A DNA stretch of 63,336 bases, the filler included, from Lenisia limosa (lineage: Eukaryota; Protista; Breviatea): the NCBI GenBank assembly GCA_001655205.1. It is 17 parts of 17 records of this genome, joined end to end, with 100 filler letters (N's around TTAATTAATTAA, not from the genome) between each part and the next. Parts side by side here need not be neighbours in the genome. Positions count along the whole stretch, not along the records: positions 1 to 1,224 come from LPNZ01008415.1; positions 1,325 to 2,960 come from LPNZ01001633.1; positions 3,061 to 7,874 come from LPNZ01008556.1; positions 7,975 to 13,467 come from LPNZ01001053.1; 13 more parts are not named here. One strand, written 5' to 3'. Shown here in pieces: positions 1-11,130 of this stretch. The translations under genes were made by a program, and so were the position numbers. The stretch's first letter is position 1. Every line of letters starts with the position of its first letter. The notes under the pieces were generated by a model that saw only the letters and a program-made list of their open reading frames with translations, made no database searches and was not told the DNA's origin.

Positions 1-199
1 ACAACAATAAAAAAAAAACCATAATCAACGAACTCGTAATTTTAGAAACATACAATGGTTAAACTCAGGTCAGTCACTTTTAAAAGATATTGGGCTAAAA
101 GTACAGCAATTTAAACACAAGTAACAACATCTAATATTTTTTCGCTCCAGTAATGTAAACATCACATATCACCTAATAGCTTCCTGGCTAAAATAACAC

Positions 200-1224
200 A
201 ACCAAGACTGACCAACACCCACTATCTTGCTCGGCAATCGCGTCCACAGCTGCCGCGCTCTTACCCATCGAGTCGTCCATCTAAACCATAAATAAGTGTT
301 CATTGTCCTGGAAATTGTTATTGTCTTGTTCGACAACTCTCCCATTAGAAACCCTACACAAAACAAAATACAAGAAACCAGAAGGAGGCCATCTAAACAG
401 CCAATAAGTGAAAACGGCCAGAAGAAGGTTTAGGCCAGGTTCAACCTTGTCTTATTTCTCATCTCTCTCTCTCTCTCTCTCTTTCATTCTATATGTACAC
501 TGACCGGTGTGATTTCCCAATGAAAATAGGTCAAGACTTATCCCGGTCACTGTAATCCCCCCCCCCCCCGCGCGATTTACCTTTTCAGCATTGTCAGCGT
601 CCTTTTGCAGGGTGTCCTGTTGTTCAGTGAGAGTGTCGTTGGCCTTATNNNNNNNNNNNNNNNNNNNNNNNNNNNNNNNNNNNNNNNNNNNNNNNNNNNN
701 NNNNNNNNNNNNNNNNNNNNNNNNGTTTGACAACTATTCCAACTGTTGATTATCACTACGATGCCCTATGTGTCAAAGCAAAGACCCATACACAACACCT
801 AGATAATGATTTTCAACTTGTAACAGTTTTAAATTTATTGTGAAAACAAAAGCCCACCTTGGATCAGCGTAGCAGCAGTAAAAGCCTTCTTGAGGGCCTC
901 CATTTCTTTGAGGTGGACCATCATCTACATAATTAGATGATAATAGGGCTTCACTTTGGTCTCGATAAATTCTAGAAAACTATCGATATTTTCCCGAGTT
1001 TTTTTTGTTTTTTTGAACCGAAGTTAAGCCCTAGCTGATAGTCCTATTTAACTTCATCTTATTTCATGTGATTTTGAATAATTACAGCAGGACTTCATTC
1101 TGATCACAAAAATACTGGTGAAATATCGAGCCTATCATTTCACAGCAATACAGTATTACAGGGTCTTTTTACCTGGGCCTTAATCATCTCCACCGCTTCC
1201 AGCGCCGACGTCTGGATGGCCTGT
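200..1224 (-). CDS. Partial multi-exon gene, coiled-coil/helical protein of unknown identity
   Basis: GT/AG-bounded GC-richer exons translate as QAIQTSALEAVEMIKAQ, MMVHLKEMEALKKAFTAATLIQ, KANDTLTEQQDTLQKDADNAEK, MDDSMGKSAAAVDAIAEQD. A contig linker separates it from the dynein fragment. Confidence 0.5.
496..554. mobile_element. MITE-B copy (short)
   Basis: TACACTGACCGG...GGTCAAGACTTATCCCGGTCACTGTA. Confidence 0.7.
944..1033. mobile_element. MITE-A copy (TA|GGGCTTCACTT..AAGTTAAGCCC|TA)
   Basis: Terminal inverted repeats, TA at both ends, shared internal ATCGAT core; intronic. Confidence 0.8.
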
Positions 1225-1409
1225 NNNNNNNNNNNNNNNNNNNNNNNNNNNNNNNNNNNNNNNNNNNNTTAATTAATTAANNNNNNNNNNNNNNNNNNNN
1301 NNNNNNNNNNNNNNNNNNNNNNNNCTATTGCCTCACTACAAAATATATTACTAGTACAATTATATATATATATATATATATATATACCTATCGATATCTG
1401 ATATACAAC

Positions 1410-1540
1410 ACCATCACACTTATAAGTATCTGGCCGAAGCCGTCCACACCATCTCGCTTATAACAGATATTGGATTATAGTATAATATTAATTCACCCAA
1501 TCATTTGCCTTACAACTCCGTGCACACAGCTTTCTGCGTG
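1410..1540 (-). repeat. Family-D intronic repeat (dynein intron)
   Basis: Reverse strand CAGAAAGCTGTGTGCAC..GGCAAATGATTGGGTGAATTAAT..CCAATATCT..GATGGTGTGGACGGCTTCGGCCAGATACT. Confidence 0.75.
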
Positions 1541-1576
1541 TACAATAGCATCAACAATTGTTACCCCACACACACA

Positions 1577-2960
1577 CCTTCAAAGCATCCTGCAGTTGGA
1601 CAGCCAGCGGAACAAAGTCCTTGACGTGATTGATGGTCACAAAAGCCTCGTAAGGACAACTCAGCCCAATGGAACGCGCCACTCGGAAGTCCTGGGGGGG
1701 GGGTGAAATGGGAAAATTATTAAAACAAAACAAAAACCCAGAGTCAACTCTGATGGCTAAAATACACAAGGGTTAAAACATCAAAACAAAAATATGGGAC
1801 TGGGGCGAATGGTGAAATAAGGTTTCAATAAAAATAAAATTGGCTACATATGAGGGAAAATAAAAAGCCAGGGCATGCAGCACTATTAATTGGGTAATAC
1901 CCCCAACCTTGAACCACTCGCCGTGTCTAAAGCTGAAGTTAACGACCAGGGACTTTTGGCCGCCGCTCGTCTGGTCGACTGCCAGGAGCGTGGCTAGGGG
2001 GGATTAGAAATGCCAGTTTACCAGAACAGAAAAGAGGACGAGATTGGGAGAAAACAATGGAAACTGAATAATAAAAAAAAGCCCCCCTCCCCCACTATCG
2101 TTAATACTGTACTTGTTTGCAGACACCTCCTGAGCCCAATGGTCGAATGTTGTCTTCGAGCTACGCGGTGAGGATATTGGAAAGCTAATGCGGTGCTGCA
2201 GAAGCGACTGGTTAACCCTCGTATTGCTAGTCAATAGAGTTGATTTTGAGCCTATTTTGTGTTTCATACATACAATATAGTATACTATTATGATATGCAA
2301 TATGATATACTTTAATACAATAATAAACATGTATGATATATAATACTGTATACATATCTATGCATATGCATATTGTATTTCTCACCCGCCCGCACACCTG
2401 ATAATGCGCCTGAGAGAGTCGCACTCCTCCTTCAGCTCCTTTCCCTCTGAATGGTCTTGCCAGCCCTGGGGGGATTAAGCCAGGCAATGATAATACGTAA
2501 TGAGGAACACAACAAAGGGAGGCTAACAGCCAAAGCCTACATTGAGAAGAGATTTTGGATTGTGGTAGGATATAAATTCACACACACCTCCCCCCCCCCC
2601 CCNNNNNNNNNNNNNNNNNNNNNNNNNNNNNNNNNNNNNNNNNNNNNNNNNNNNNNNNNNNNNNNNNNNNNNNNNNNNNNNNNNNNNNNNNNNNNNNNNN
2701 NNNNNNNNNNNNNNNNNNNNNNNNNNNNNNNNNNNNNNNNNNNNNNNNNNNNNNNNNNNNNNNNNGCAACAGAAGAATCATTTACGTCAGAGAGAAGAAG
2801 GCTACGCAGTCTGAGAAACGAGGAGAAAATTGATGCTGAGTAAATAGTGCTGGGACATTCTCCCTACCTGTCCCAAAACAGTCTCCACTCTCGACATCAA
2901 CGTGCTGAGATGCGATTCCATTTGTCTGCCCCAGAGCATGGCGGCGGAGGAGGGGGGAAG
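1577..2960 (-). CDS. DYNC1H1: Cytoplasmic dynein heavy chain-like, N-terminal tail (DHC_N1) fragment, 5 exons
   Basis: Spliced peptide AAMLWGRQMESHLSTLMSRVETVLGQ|GWQDHSEGKELKEECDSLRRII..FDHWAQEV..SLVVNFS..DFRVARSIGLSCP..FVPLAVQLQDALK parallels the recalled dynein-1 segment [78 protein letters not shown]. Confidence 0.65.
1692..1775 (-). repeat. Family-C 3' half ending at an acceptor in the dynein gene
   Basis: Reverse strand TAGCCATCAGAGTTGACTCTGGGTTTTTG..AATTTTCCCATTTCACCCCCCCCCAG, then exon DFRV. Confidence 0.7.
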
Positions 2961-3269
2961 NNNNNNNNNNNNNNNNNNNNNNNNNNNNNNNNNNNNNNNN
3001 NNNNTTAATTAATTAANNNNNNNNNNNNNNNNNNNNNNNNNNNNNNNNNNNNNNNNNNNNCGTAGAGGGCCAATCATATGAATCATTAAGGAGGAGGGCC
3101 ATAATAATTATATTGACTTTCAATTAAAGATCCATACTGATCTGAATTTGTCAATGTTTCTGGTTAACCATACTATTTTCTCTGTGTTTATGAATCAGGG
3201 TTTTTATTTTTTATTTTTTTTTTACTTACTTTTTTTTAAAAGTAATTTTGCTTATTGACCTTGCTTTAG

Positions 3270-6200
3270 GAGTGTTTACATACCCTTTGAGGCAGACCAA
3301 GAGAAACGAGCAAGGTAGGGAGGGGGGGGTTATGATACTCTGAGTAAACGCTTCAGCCAGTTACTATATAACGTGCCGGGTGGACTACTTCATATAAATA
3401 CTATATAAATGGTGCTAAAATTGTTTCTAGTATCAAGGTGTCCTAACTAGGAAATCTGGATGGGTTGTTAGAATTGTTGATAATAGTGTGGACGGCTTCG
3501 TACTGCAACAACAGTACCATCCAGTGATGGTATTAGTTTCCTTTCTTTATCCGTAGTTGTTTGTAACGTCCCTTTTTGGTCACTTTTCAGATATTTGAAG
3601 TTTCTCTCGGGACAAGATCCCTGGGGAAATGACAGGAGCCTTAGGGTGGGTAAGGGTGGGTGACTACCAGTTCAGCATAATTATGATCTGAATTGAGCTG
3701 ACTTTCTAGCATCATGTTCATTATGTTGACTTTCTAGCATCTGCGGGCTCATGAGGAAATCGAATTCCTGCAGTCCGGCGAAATGTTTAAGGTGGGCATA
3801 AAGGAGATTGAAATTTGAATAGTTGATTTGGGTTTTTTTTTTGTTTCATAAATTTTCCATTTTCACTTTCCCCCCCCCCCCCCCNNNNNNNNNNNNNNNN
3901 NNNNNNNNNNNNNNNNNNNNNNNNNNNNNNNNNNNNNNNNNNNNNNNNNNNNNNNNNNNNNNNNNNNNNNNNNNNNNNNNNNNNNNNNNNNNNNNNNNNN
4001 NNNNNNNNNNNNNNNNNNNNNNNNNNNNNNNNNNNNNNNNNNNNNNGATATAGGCTCATCTAAAAGGGGTGGCAGCGTCTGTAGTGATGCATCAAAAAGT
4101 GATAAAAGTGGTATTTTTACGACGGGATATAATATATCATATACTATGTGTACTTGATTTGTTGTAATACGTAATAGAGCGCTAAATTTGTTTTTCATAT
4201 GTCCATTTTCACTCTACTTCGCCCAGGCACGAGATTTAGCAGCACTTGTATCTGGAGTTACGAGGGACGTTGACATCTGGTTCCCAACGAGTATTGTACT
4301 GCGACGCTTCAACGTGAAGAATCCCCATGAAGGTGTGGCTTTGATCTTATCATCGTGTTTACTCTATATTGTTTAGTGTGATGAGAATTTAACTTGGTAG
4401 TATCTGGCTGAAATCGTGCTTATAAGAGATTTGGATTTTTGTATTTATTGTTTTTGTTAATTCCCCCAATCACCCCACATTTCATATCTTTTCTCTTTGG
4501 CTTCATCATCAAACTTCCTTCGATTGTTCACCTGAGTGATGGGATGCGGTGCTGCGGAAGCGACTGGCCTGGGCTTTAATTGTTGTTGTTTTAAACCCGC
4601 TTTCGCAATCCAAAAGAGGATTCTGTATTGTTTTTATTGATTCTCTATTTTTTTTTTTTTTTTTTNNNNNNNNNNNNNNNNNNNNNNNNNNNNNNNNNNN
4701 NNNNNNNNNNNNNNNNNNNNNNNNNNNNNNNNNNNNNNNNNNNNNNNNNNNTCAGATCTTATGGAGAAACTAACGAAACAACAAGTCAGAAAGTAGGGAG
4801 GAGGGGGAGGGTCTTAGTTTAGTTTAAGTGGTGTAATATAACAAAATAATACATCTAGTGACCGGGGGAATTACCTAACAAATTGGTCAAGACTTATCCT
4901 TGTCACTGTACCCCCGCATCATTTTCCACCACCTCCTCCCCTCACCCTCACACATCACCCCACTTTGTTTGTTGTTATCAACCCTCGCATGTTGTCAGCC
5001 AACAGAGTTGATTTTGACTCCCTCAACTCCCCTCACGCATTAGGTCGGAGTCTGCTGCAGGGGCGGCGAAGGAAGGCGAAAGAATCTTCAAGAGCACTTA
5101 CTTAGAATCCACGGGTGCGATGGGTTGATTATTCGATGTTTTTGGACCCCACGCTGGATTTTTTGGAAATATATTCTCAAAATGTGAAACTTACTTTCCC
5201 CTCATTCGGTGCTGCAGAAGCGATTAGCCTGGGCTTTGTTTGTTTTGTTGTTTTCAACTCTTGTGTGTTGGGCAAGTGCTAAGCCAACAGAGTTGATTCT
5301 GGGCTTTTGTTTCATAAATCTCCCATTTACCTCACACCCCCAGCCAAGGCACGTAATCTGAGCTCGGAACAGGCTAAACTTGCCTTAGATGCGGCGAAGA
5401 GCCTCGAAGCGGAGGCTAAGTGGGGGGTAGTGGAGGAATATCCTTTTTTTTCTGCAGTAAAGTCTAGGGTCATCCAGACCCGGCGGTTGAGCTGTGGAGG
5501 GTTAAATGGTTCGTAGCTGTTTTATACTTTGTGTTATCTCTCAGTGTTTTTTTATCTCTCTTGTGTCTATTAATTCAAAAACTGTATTTTACTCCCCCCC
5601 TCCCTCTCAGGGTGGAACGCATGGACCGCGAACAAGACTGGCAGAGACGGCTGCGTGAAGAGGACAAGATCAAGGAGGAGGAGCGGAAGAAGCGCAAGGA
5701 AGCCGAAGACGCTCATGTTGCTGAATTGGCCAAGACTGAGGGCCCTTTGAATCGCCCCATGGATCTTTTTGATTCGATCTTCAACGCCGAGTCAGAAAGT
5801 GATAGTTCGGATGACGATGACGATTCTGATGAGGAGAAGGCCCCAGCACCGCCTGTCAAGGTGGGGATTTTGCCATGGTATTTCAAAATCGGTGTATTGT
5901 TTATTTGTTTGCTTTTTTTTACTACTGGGCTTTGGTTTTATTAATTTTCCAATTTTACTCCCCCCCNNNNNNNNNNNNNNNNNNNNNNNNNNNNNNNNNN
6001 NNNNNNNNNNNNNNNNNNNNNNNNNNNNNNNNNNNNNNNNNNNNNNNNNNNNNNNNNNNNNNNNNNNNNNNNNNNNNNNNNNNNNNNNNNNNNNNNNNNN
6101 NNNNNNNNNNNNNNNNNNNNNNNNNNNNNNNNNNNNNNNNNNNNNNNNNNNNNNNNNNNNNNNNNNNNNNNNNNNNNNNNNNNNNNNNNNNNNNNNNNNN

Positions 6201-7874
6201 NNNNNNNNNNNNNNNNNNNNNNNNNNNNNNNNNNNNNNNNNNNNNNNNNTGTGAAATACGAGCTATTTTTGTTTGTCATCTCATCTCAACTTATGATATG
6301 ATATTTGACTATTTCAGGAGTCGGTGTGGGTAGCCAAAGAAGAGCCCAAGCTTGTTTGAGGGGCCTCAAACTGAGAACTAACAATAATATATCTATATAT
6401 AAAAAAAAACTAAGTATTAAGTTGAGGGGGGGGGGTAAAAATGGGGATGATTTTTTGAGCTCACCCAATCAGTTGTACTGTAACTCAGAAGAGAGAAATC
6501 ATTGTTTTACTCGCAACACTTACCATAACAGGAAGAGAAGAAAGAAGAGCCGAAAGAGCCCCGAAGGAAGCGATTTTCATCTACTCGTGAAGGTTTGGGA
6601 TTTTTACTATTATTATGTTTTTTTTTTTTTTGCTTATTTGCTTATTAGTTGATCTATAATCTACTACCTTGTTTCAGGTTCTCTTTACCCCCCCTCCCCC
6701 CAGGATCCTTCAGTGATGAGAAACCTCTCAAGGCTGAGCCAGGAACTTGCAGACTGTCCCCCGACCGCCGGGATAGAAGTGACAGAAATGTTAGAAGTGA
6801 CAGAAACGAACGACAAGACAGTTATGATCGAAGTGATCGAAGATCAACCCGTTTGGATGAGCCGCGTGAGCGGAGCTACGACAGGAGGGATCAAGATAGA
6901 GATGATAGAAGTGACAGAAATGAAGACAGGAGGGACAGACACTTGGAGCGGAAGCAGAGGACGCCACCGCGCCTTTCAGGTGCCAGGGTTGTACGTTCCG
7001 AGCGGCTGGCCTCACCCGAGCCGACAGAGCCGAAGGTGCGGGGGATTTCATATCATATTATATGATATATCATAGTAAATCACATAAAATAGATAATGGG
7101 TAGCTGAATTTTTAGATATAATATTGACTGTTCACCAGTATAACTGACCAATTCCTCCTTAAAGATCTCTCCCCAACTTTTTTCTTCACATTTCACCGAA
7201 TAGGTGTACAACTGGGGTATCAAGGAAGAACCAAAATCGGACCATCGTCCTGTTGAGGTGCAGCTGCCTAAAAAGGAAGTTGCCCAAATCGGAACTGATG
7301 ACGTGGCCCGTGTAGCTCAGGTGGGCGTTTTATCACCCTTGGTCCTGTCGAATCGATAATCAAGACCATACATTCCCCCTTCCTGTTTCGCCATTTTGCT
7401 ACACGCATTTTACTTCATACCTTCCCTATTTGGTAGGTACTCTCTTCCTTTGATCATACCTTCCTTATTTGGTAGGCACTCTCGTCCGCAGCACCAGGGC
7501 TCAACATTGAGGAGTTCTTGGATACTGTGGAGGCCGAGCCGGCTATGACAAAAGAGGAAAGGAGGCGGGAAAGGGTGAGCAAGAGAAAGGGACGGAAATC
7601 ATCTTTCAACCATTGAGCATTTATCGGTTATGTGCTAATGATTCTAAGATTGATCGGTTTAAGGTTCATACATTTCCATTCATGAGTTTACTATGAAACC
7701 TTGATGATTTATATATTTCAATGAGTGTTGTCATAATAAATAATAATGGTACAACTTAATGTGAGTAGAATGATTTACCAATTAATGGTCATGATTTACG
7801 GATTCAGGAGCAGAGACGGTCCGAGCGCAACCAAAGACGCGCTGAGAAAGAGGCTAAGAAGGCCGCTAAGAAGG
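3270..7874 (+). CDS. GPATCH1: G-patch domain protein 1 / TOUGH-like splicing factor, C-terminal half (partial, more than 12 exons)
   Basis: Exons give YIPFEADQEKRARYLKFL, HEEIEFLQSGEMFK, TRDVDIWFPTSIVLRRFNVKNP and RPMDLFDSIFNAESESDSSDDDD, followed by an RD/RS-rich and K/E-rich tail. These match recalled GPATCH1/TGH motifs (PF..DP.KQ.RY; R....W.P..LLC.RF; RP.DL(F/Y).AIF + acidic run). Confidence 0.75.
4856..4910. mobile_element. MITE-B copy (short)
   Basis: AGTGACCGGG...GGTCAAGACTTATCCTTGTCACTGTA. Confidence 0.7.
5207..5343 (+). repeat. Family-C acceptor-forming repeat, full copy (GPATCH1 intron)
   Basis: CGGTGCTGCAGAAGCGA..GCCAACAGAGTTGATT..TGTTTCATAAAT..CCCCCAG; its last AG is the splice acceptor. 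Confidence 0.8.
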
Positions 7875-8499
7875 NNNNNNNNNNNNNNNNNNNNNNNNNN
7901 NNNNNNNNNNNNNNNNNNTTAATTAATTAANNNNNNNNNNNNNNNNNNNNNNNNNNNNNNNNNNNNNNNNNNNNAAGAATGTTAAAACCAGAAATAGAAC
8001 AAGAACAAGCATAATAGTTTTTCAAAAACAAGTGTTTTGTCCCTGATTCACAGTTTTGTCCCGTGATTCATGTTTTGTCTATATATATATATCATATAGG
8101 TGACCATACATGAATGCGAACACTCACATGAACGCGAACGCTTTTTTAAAACATCCAAAAATCCGCAATTAGTTGCGATTTAACTCATCATTTTTACACA
8201 ATATTCAATAATTAAGACTGGGAAAGCGTTTTTTTTTTAACAAAATTGTTTTTTTTAAGAATTGTTTAGAATAGTCTTAAAAATCAGTCTGTTCATTGCC
8301 CCTTTTCTCCATTTTTTTTTTCTTTTTCAGAGCCCTCTTTTACAGTTTGAAACATAGATTTTTGATTAGTATTTTTTTCTTGCACATTAGCTAGCTTAGT
8401 ACCTCGCTTTTGTTTTCCTGAGTTTTGTTTTGTACTAAAGACCAATAAAGACTCGGAACAATCATCCGAACATTCACCCGAACTGTCACGTTTTTTCCT

Positions 8500-9739
8500 C
8501 TCCATTAGCTTCACACCGCGAGGGCATAGAGTCGACAAGGTTCATCTCAGCGGGGTGATGGTGCTCCAGGTAATGTTAAGTTGCTCCCAGCGATTCGGAA
8601 GTGGGATTGCTAGCTGTTGACGTAGACGCTTATTGACCAGATGTAAAAAGTGTTCGATCACCCTCTTGTAAGTTGTCTTTTATGGGTTCTCTTCTCACCT
8701 GTTAGCTCCTTCCACCCCCTATTGGTATTGTCAAGAACGTATGGCATACCTTTAATGAGCTGATGAACTTGGCTCAAAAGCTCCCCGCTCCTCTCTTGGT
8801 ATGCTCTGTTCGTCTTTGTAATTGTTTAGTGCCAAACCAGGATCCCCCCTGCTGTTGCCCCACCGGAGGTTGAGTCTCGCGAGAACTTGCGCACTGCCTT
8901 CTCTGTCGTTTTCTCCGGCGAGCTTTTTGTGTGTTGTTATTGACCTAATATTTGTGTTTGTTTTTATCTTACTCTCTTCAGGAACACCTTTCCATGCCTT
9001 TGGGATGTGCCAGTTTCTGAAATAAGTACCCACCATCTCCAAGTCCACCTTCAATCGCAAGTTGAAGGAGGTGATCCTCCCCAATCTTCGCAAGGTAACT
9101 ATTTCAAAATGTTCCATATCCTCATTAATCAGGCCTGGATTGACCACATTGCGGAAATGGACCGCGAGCTGAAGCAGCAGTCCCGGTTCCCCATCTGCAA
9201 TGATGGCCGATACTCAAAGGTTTGTGTGACTGCTTTGTGGTGAGAATTACCGTTTAGTGCCGTGGATACAACTCACTGGATTCCGTGAGCGTCGCTATGG
9301 CGGACAACAAGGTCATTGGCCTGGGAATCCCGCAGGTAGGATTCCATTTTTTCCATTATTTACCTCAAAGGAAAGTCCCACGACCTGAGCCACCGCTTTG
9401 TTATTTTTTTTTACTGCAACAAGAAGTCCAGCAAAACAAAGAAGCGTCGTGTCTGGCTCAGAGCTGCTCGTCTTTCTGGCTCGTCCCAGTCTACCTTCGA
9501 CTACGGAAGAACCTCTCCCTGTAGAGTATGAGGGGTACAACACAATACTACTCTTCCAGAGAATCATTATTCTTTGATATTTTATATTATGTGTGCTTCT
9601 TGATCAGGTAAATTATACAACTGATTTCATTATTTCCCGCTGTTCACCTTATCAGAAGCCGAGTGAAATGCTCCAACAAGCTGCATTGGAGCTTTTCAAT
9701 AAAGCCAAGCCTGCGAGAATTGAGGAGGAGGATGTGTGA
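8500..9739 (+). mobile_element. Intron-containing Kolobok/PF20700-like transposase derivative, apparently internally deleted
   Basis: Exons give RENLRTAFSVVFSGE, PTISKSTFNRKLKEVILPNLRK|AWIDHIAEMDRELK, ICNDGRYSK|CRGYNSLDSVSVAMADNKVIGL, SHDLSHRF and KTKKRRVWLRAA. These resemble the DG(R/T)..S/RG..S first-Asp motif and the H..D.WH motif. One in-frame stop near 9023 could not be resolved by splicing. Confidence 0.5.
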
Positions 9740-9853
9740 TTTGTATACAATAGGGGTTCTGATTTAATGGTGTTTGTTCAATGTGTGTGAATGTGTGTGT
9801 TTCAATGATACGATAAGTGAACTTTTCCAAAATATTAGAAACAAATAGTGTAT

Positions 9854-10434
9854 TTAAACATCAGGATAAAGAGTCCTGATGCAGAGTTTAACACAGTTAG
9901 GCAGAACAATACGACGAGTAATCAAATCCAAATACATAGCTACGATACGCAACGAAACGCTTCTCCTTGTTGGTGAAGGTTTGGTCCTCTTCCAGCAGCA
10001 AAGAACGGTTACAACACCAGTCCTGTAGTTTGATTACAACAGAAAAAACATATAGAAACATGAGAAAGCTAAAATGAAGAAAATAATAACATTGATCGAT
10101 AGAAATGATGAAAAAAACACAGAAAATCTCACCTGGCCTTTGGCGGGAGGTCCGTTCTCGTTAACAATTCCTACGAAAACATCATCTAAAAGGTTGAGAA
10201 AGGAAGGAGAGCAGTAAAGAAAGTAGATTTTAAAAAACCATTTTAATCTCAAATATTACGCCTAAAAACTCTTAGCCAACCTTTAACATCCATTAGCTCG
10301 AGGAAAAACGGCTCCTCGAGGACAGCCTGCCCACAGCCTCAAGCATCAACGTCAGTAACACCTTCCTTAACCAAAGAGGCTGGATTTTGGCGCAGAACAG
10401 CCCTAACGTCCAAGCGGGGATAAATCATCTCCAT
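9854..10434 (-). CDS. Small P2X7-ballast/KolX-like Cys protein, 3-4 exons, possibly frameshifted
   Basis: Last exon reads DWCCNRSLLLEEDQTFTNKEKRFVAYRSYVFG and then, after a 1-nt shift, TRRIVLPNCVKLCIRTLYPDV*. This matches the ballast consensus N+..R+.AYR.(Y/F)...R...P.C....IR..(F/Y)P. ATG at 10434. Confidence 0.6.
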
Positions 10435-10569
10435 TTTATTTGAATTTTCGATAATTATAACTTTTTAACACTTATTAAAGTTTAATTGCTCTTTGAACTA
10501 ATTTCAGGAGATAATTTTCCAAATTAAAAAAAAATTCAAAATAGTCTATCAAAATGGTCAAAGATGGAA

Positions 10570-11130
10570 AAATTCCGATGGAACCACCACCTTGAACACG
10601 ATATTTGAGGAATTTGAATAATTTAAGTGACAACGCAAAACCAACACCTACTCATTGTCAATTTAATGTAGTATTGGCTCCATATTGCCTCGGTTAGGCA
10701 CATTCCAGGCAATTTTCACGCATTTTTAGAATTTCCATGTCAGGGCTGTTTTATACGAAAAACTACCCTGCAGAATTATCCCAAAGGCTCATTATAATGA
10801 CTTACCACACTTTTATAATTATTTTCCAAAATAAAAAAAAGGACTGAACTACCATAATAAAGAACTTCAGATGCTTGGCACTGGCTGTCAGAGCCAAAAA
10901 GGTTTACCTTGGTCATCTGACCAGCAGACAGAACTCCACTACTGTGACGACCAATGACAACGTTCCTTCACCCAGTTGAGCACGATTATTCTCTGAAATC
11001 AGAGGCTTCTTGACGATCTTGAAGGCGCGATATCTACGAGTATGTATTCGAGAACGAACATTGTAGTCAGTAACGGAGATGCTGGCTTTGTTGAGGTTCT
11101 TAAACCGAGATTGGTATGGTCCTGGGATGT
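10570..11130 (-). pseudogene. Tc1/mariner transposase relic
   Basis: Frameshifted segments in the correct order: NVRSRIHTRRYRAFKIVKKPLISENNRAQL (HTH-KKP), W-S-D then TKVNLFGSD (first Asp region), and VQGGGSI (GGGS motif). Confidence 0.6.

Noticed and set aside
200-1224. Treating these exons as the continuation of dynein
   Set aside because: The peptides do not match the expected downstream dynein sequence, and a contig linker intervenes.
1269-1280. TTAATTAATTAA islands inside N-runs (about 20 in the window)
   Set aside because: Identical 12-mer with stops in all six frames, always centred in N padding: an artificial contig-joining linker, not biology.
5419-5430. Apparent non-canonical donors (e.g. 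..AAG/TGGGG, ..AGTGG/GGGAG)
   Set aside because: Shifting the boundary by a few nucleotides gives canonical GT donors that keep the frame.
7975-8300. Search for Kolobok TIR/TTAA boundaries around the transposase-KolX pair
   Set aside because: Several TTAA sites exist, but no convincing inverted match was found on the right side; the ends are not called.
10340-10350. In-frame TGA in the KolX-like gene (DA*GCG) as possible selenocysteine
   Set aside because: A 45-nt GT..AG intron removes it in frame, the gene also has an apparent frameshift, and no SECIS was identified.
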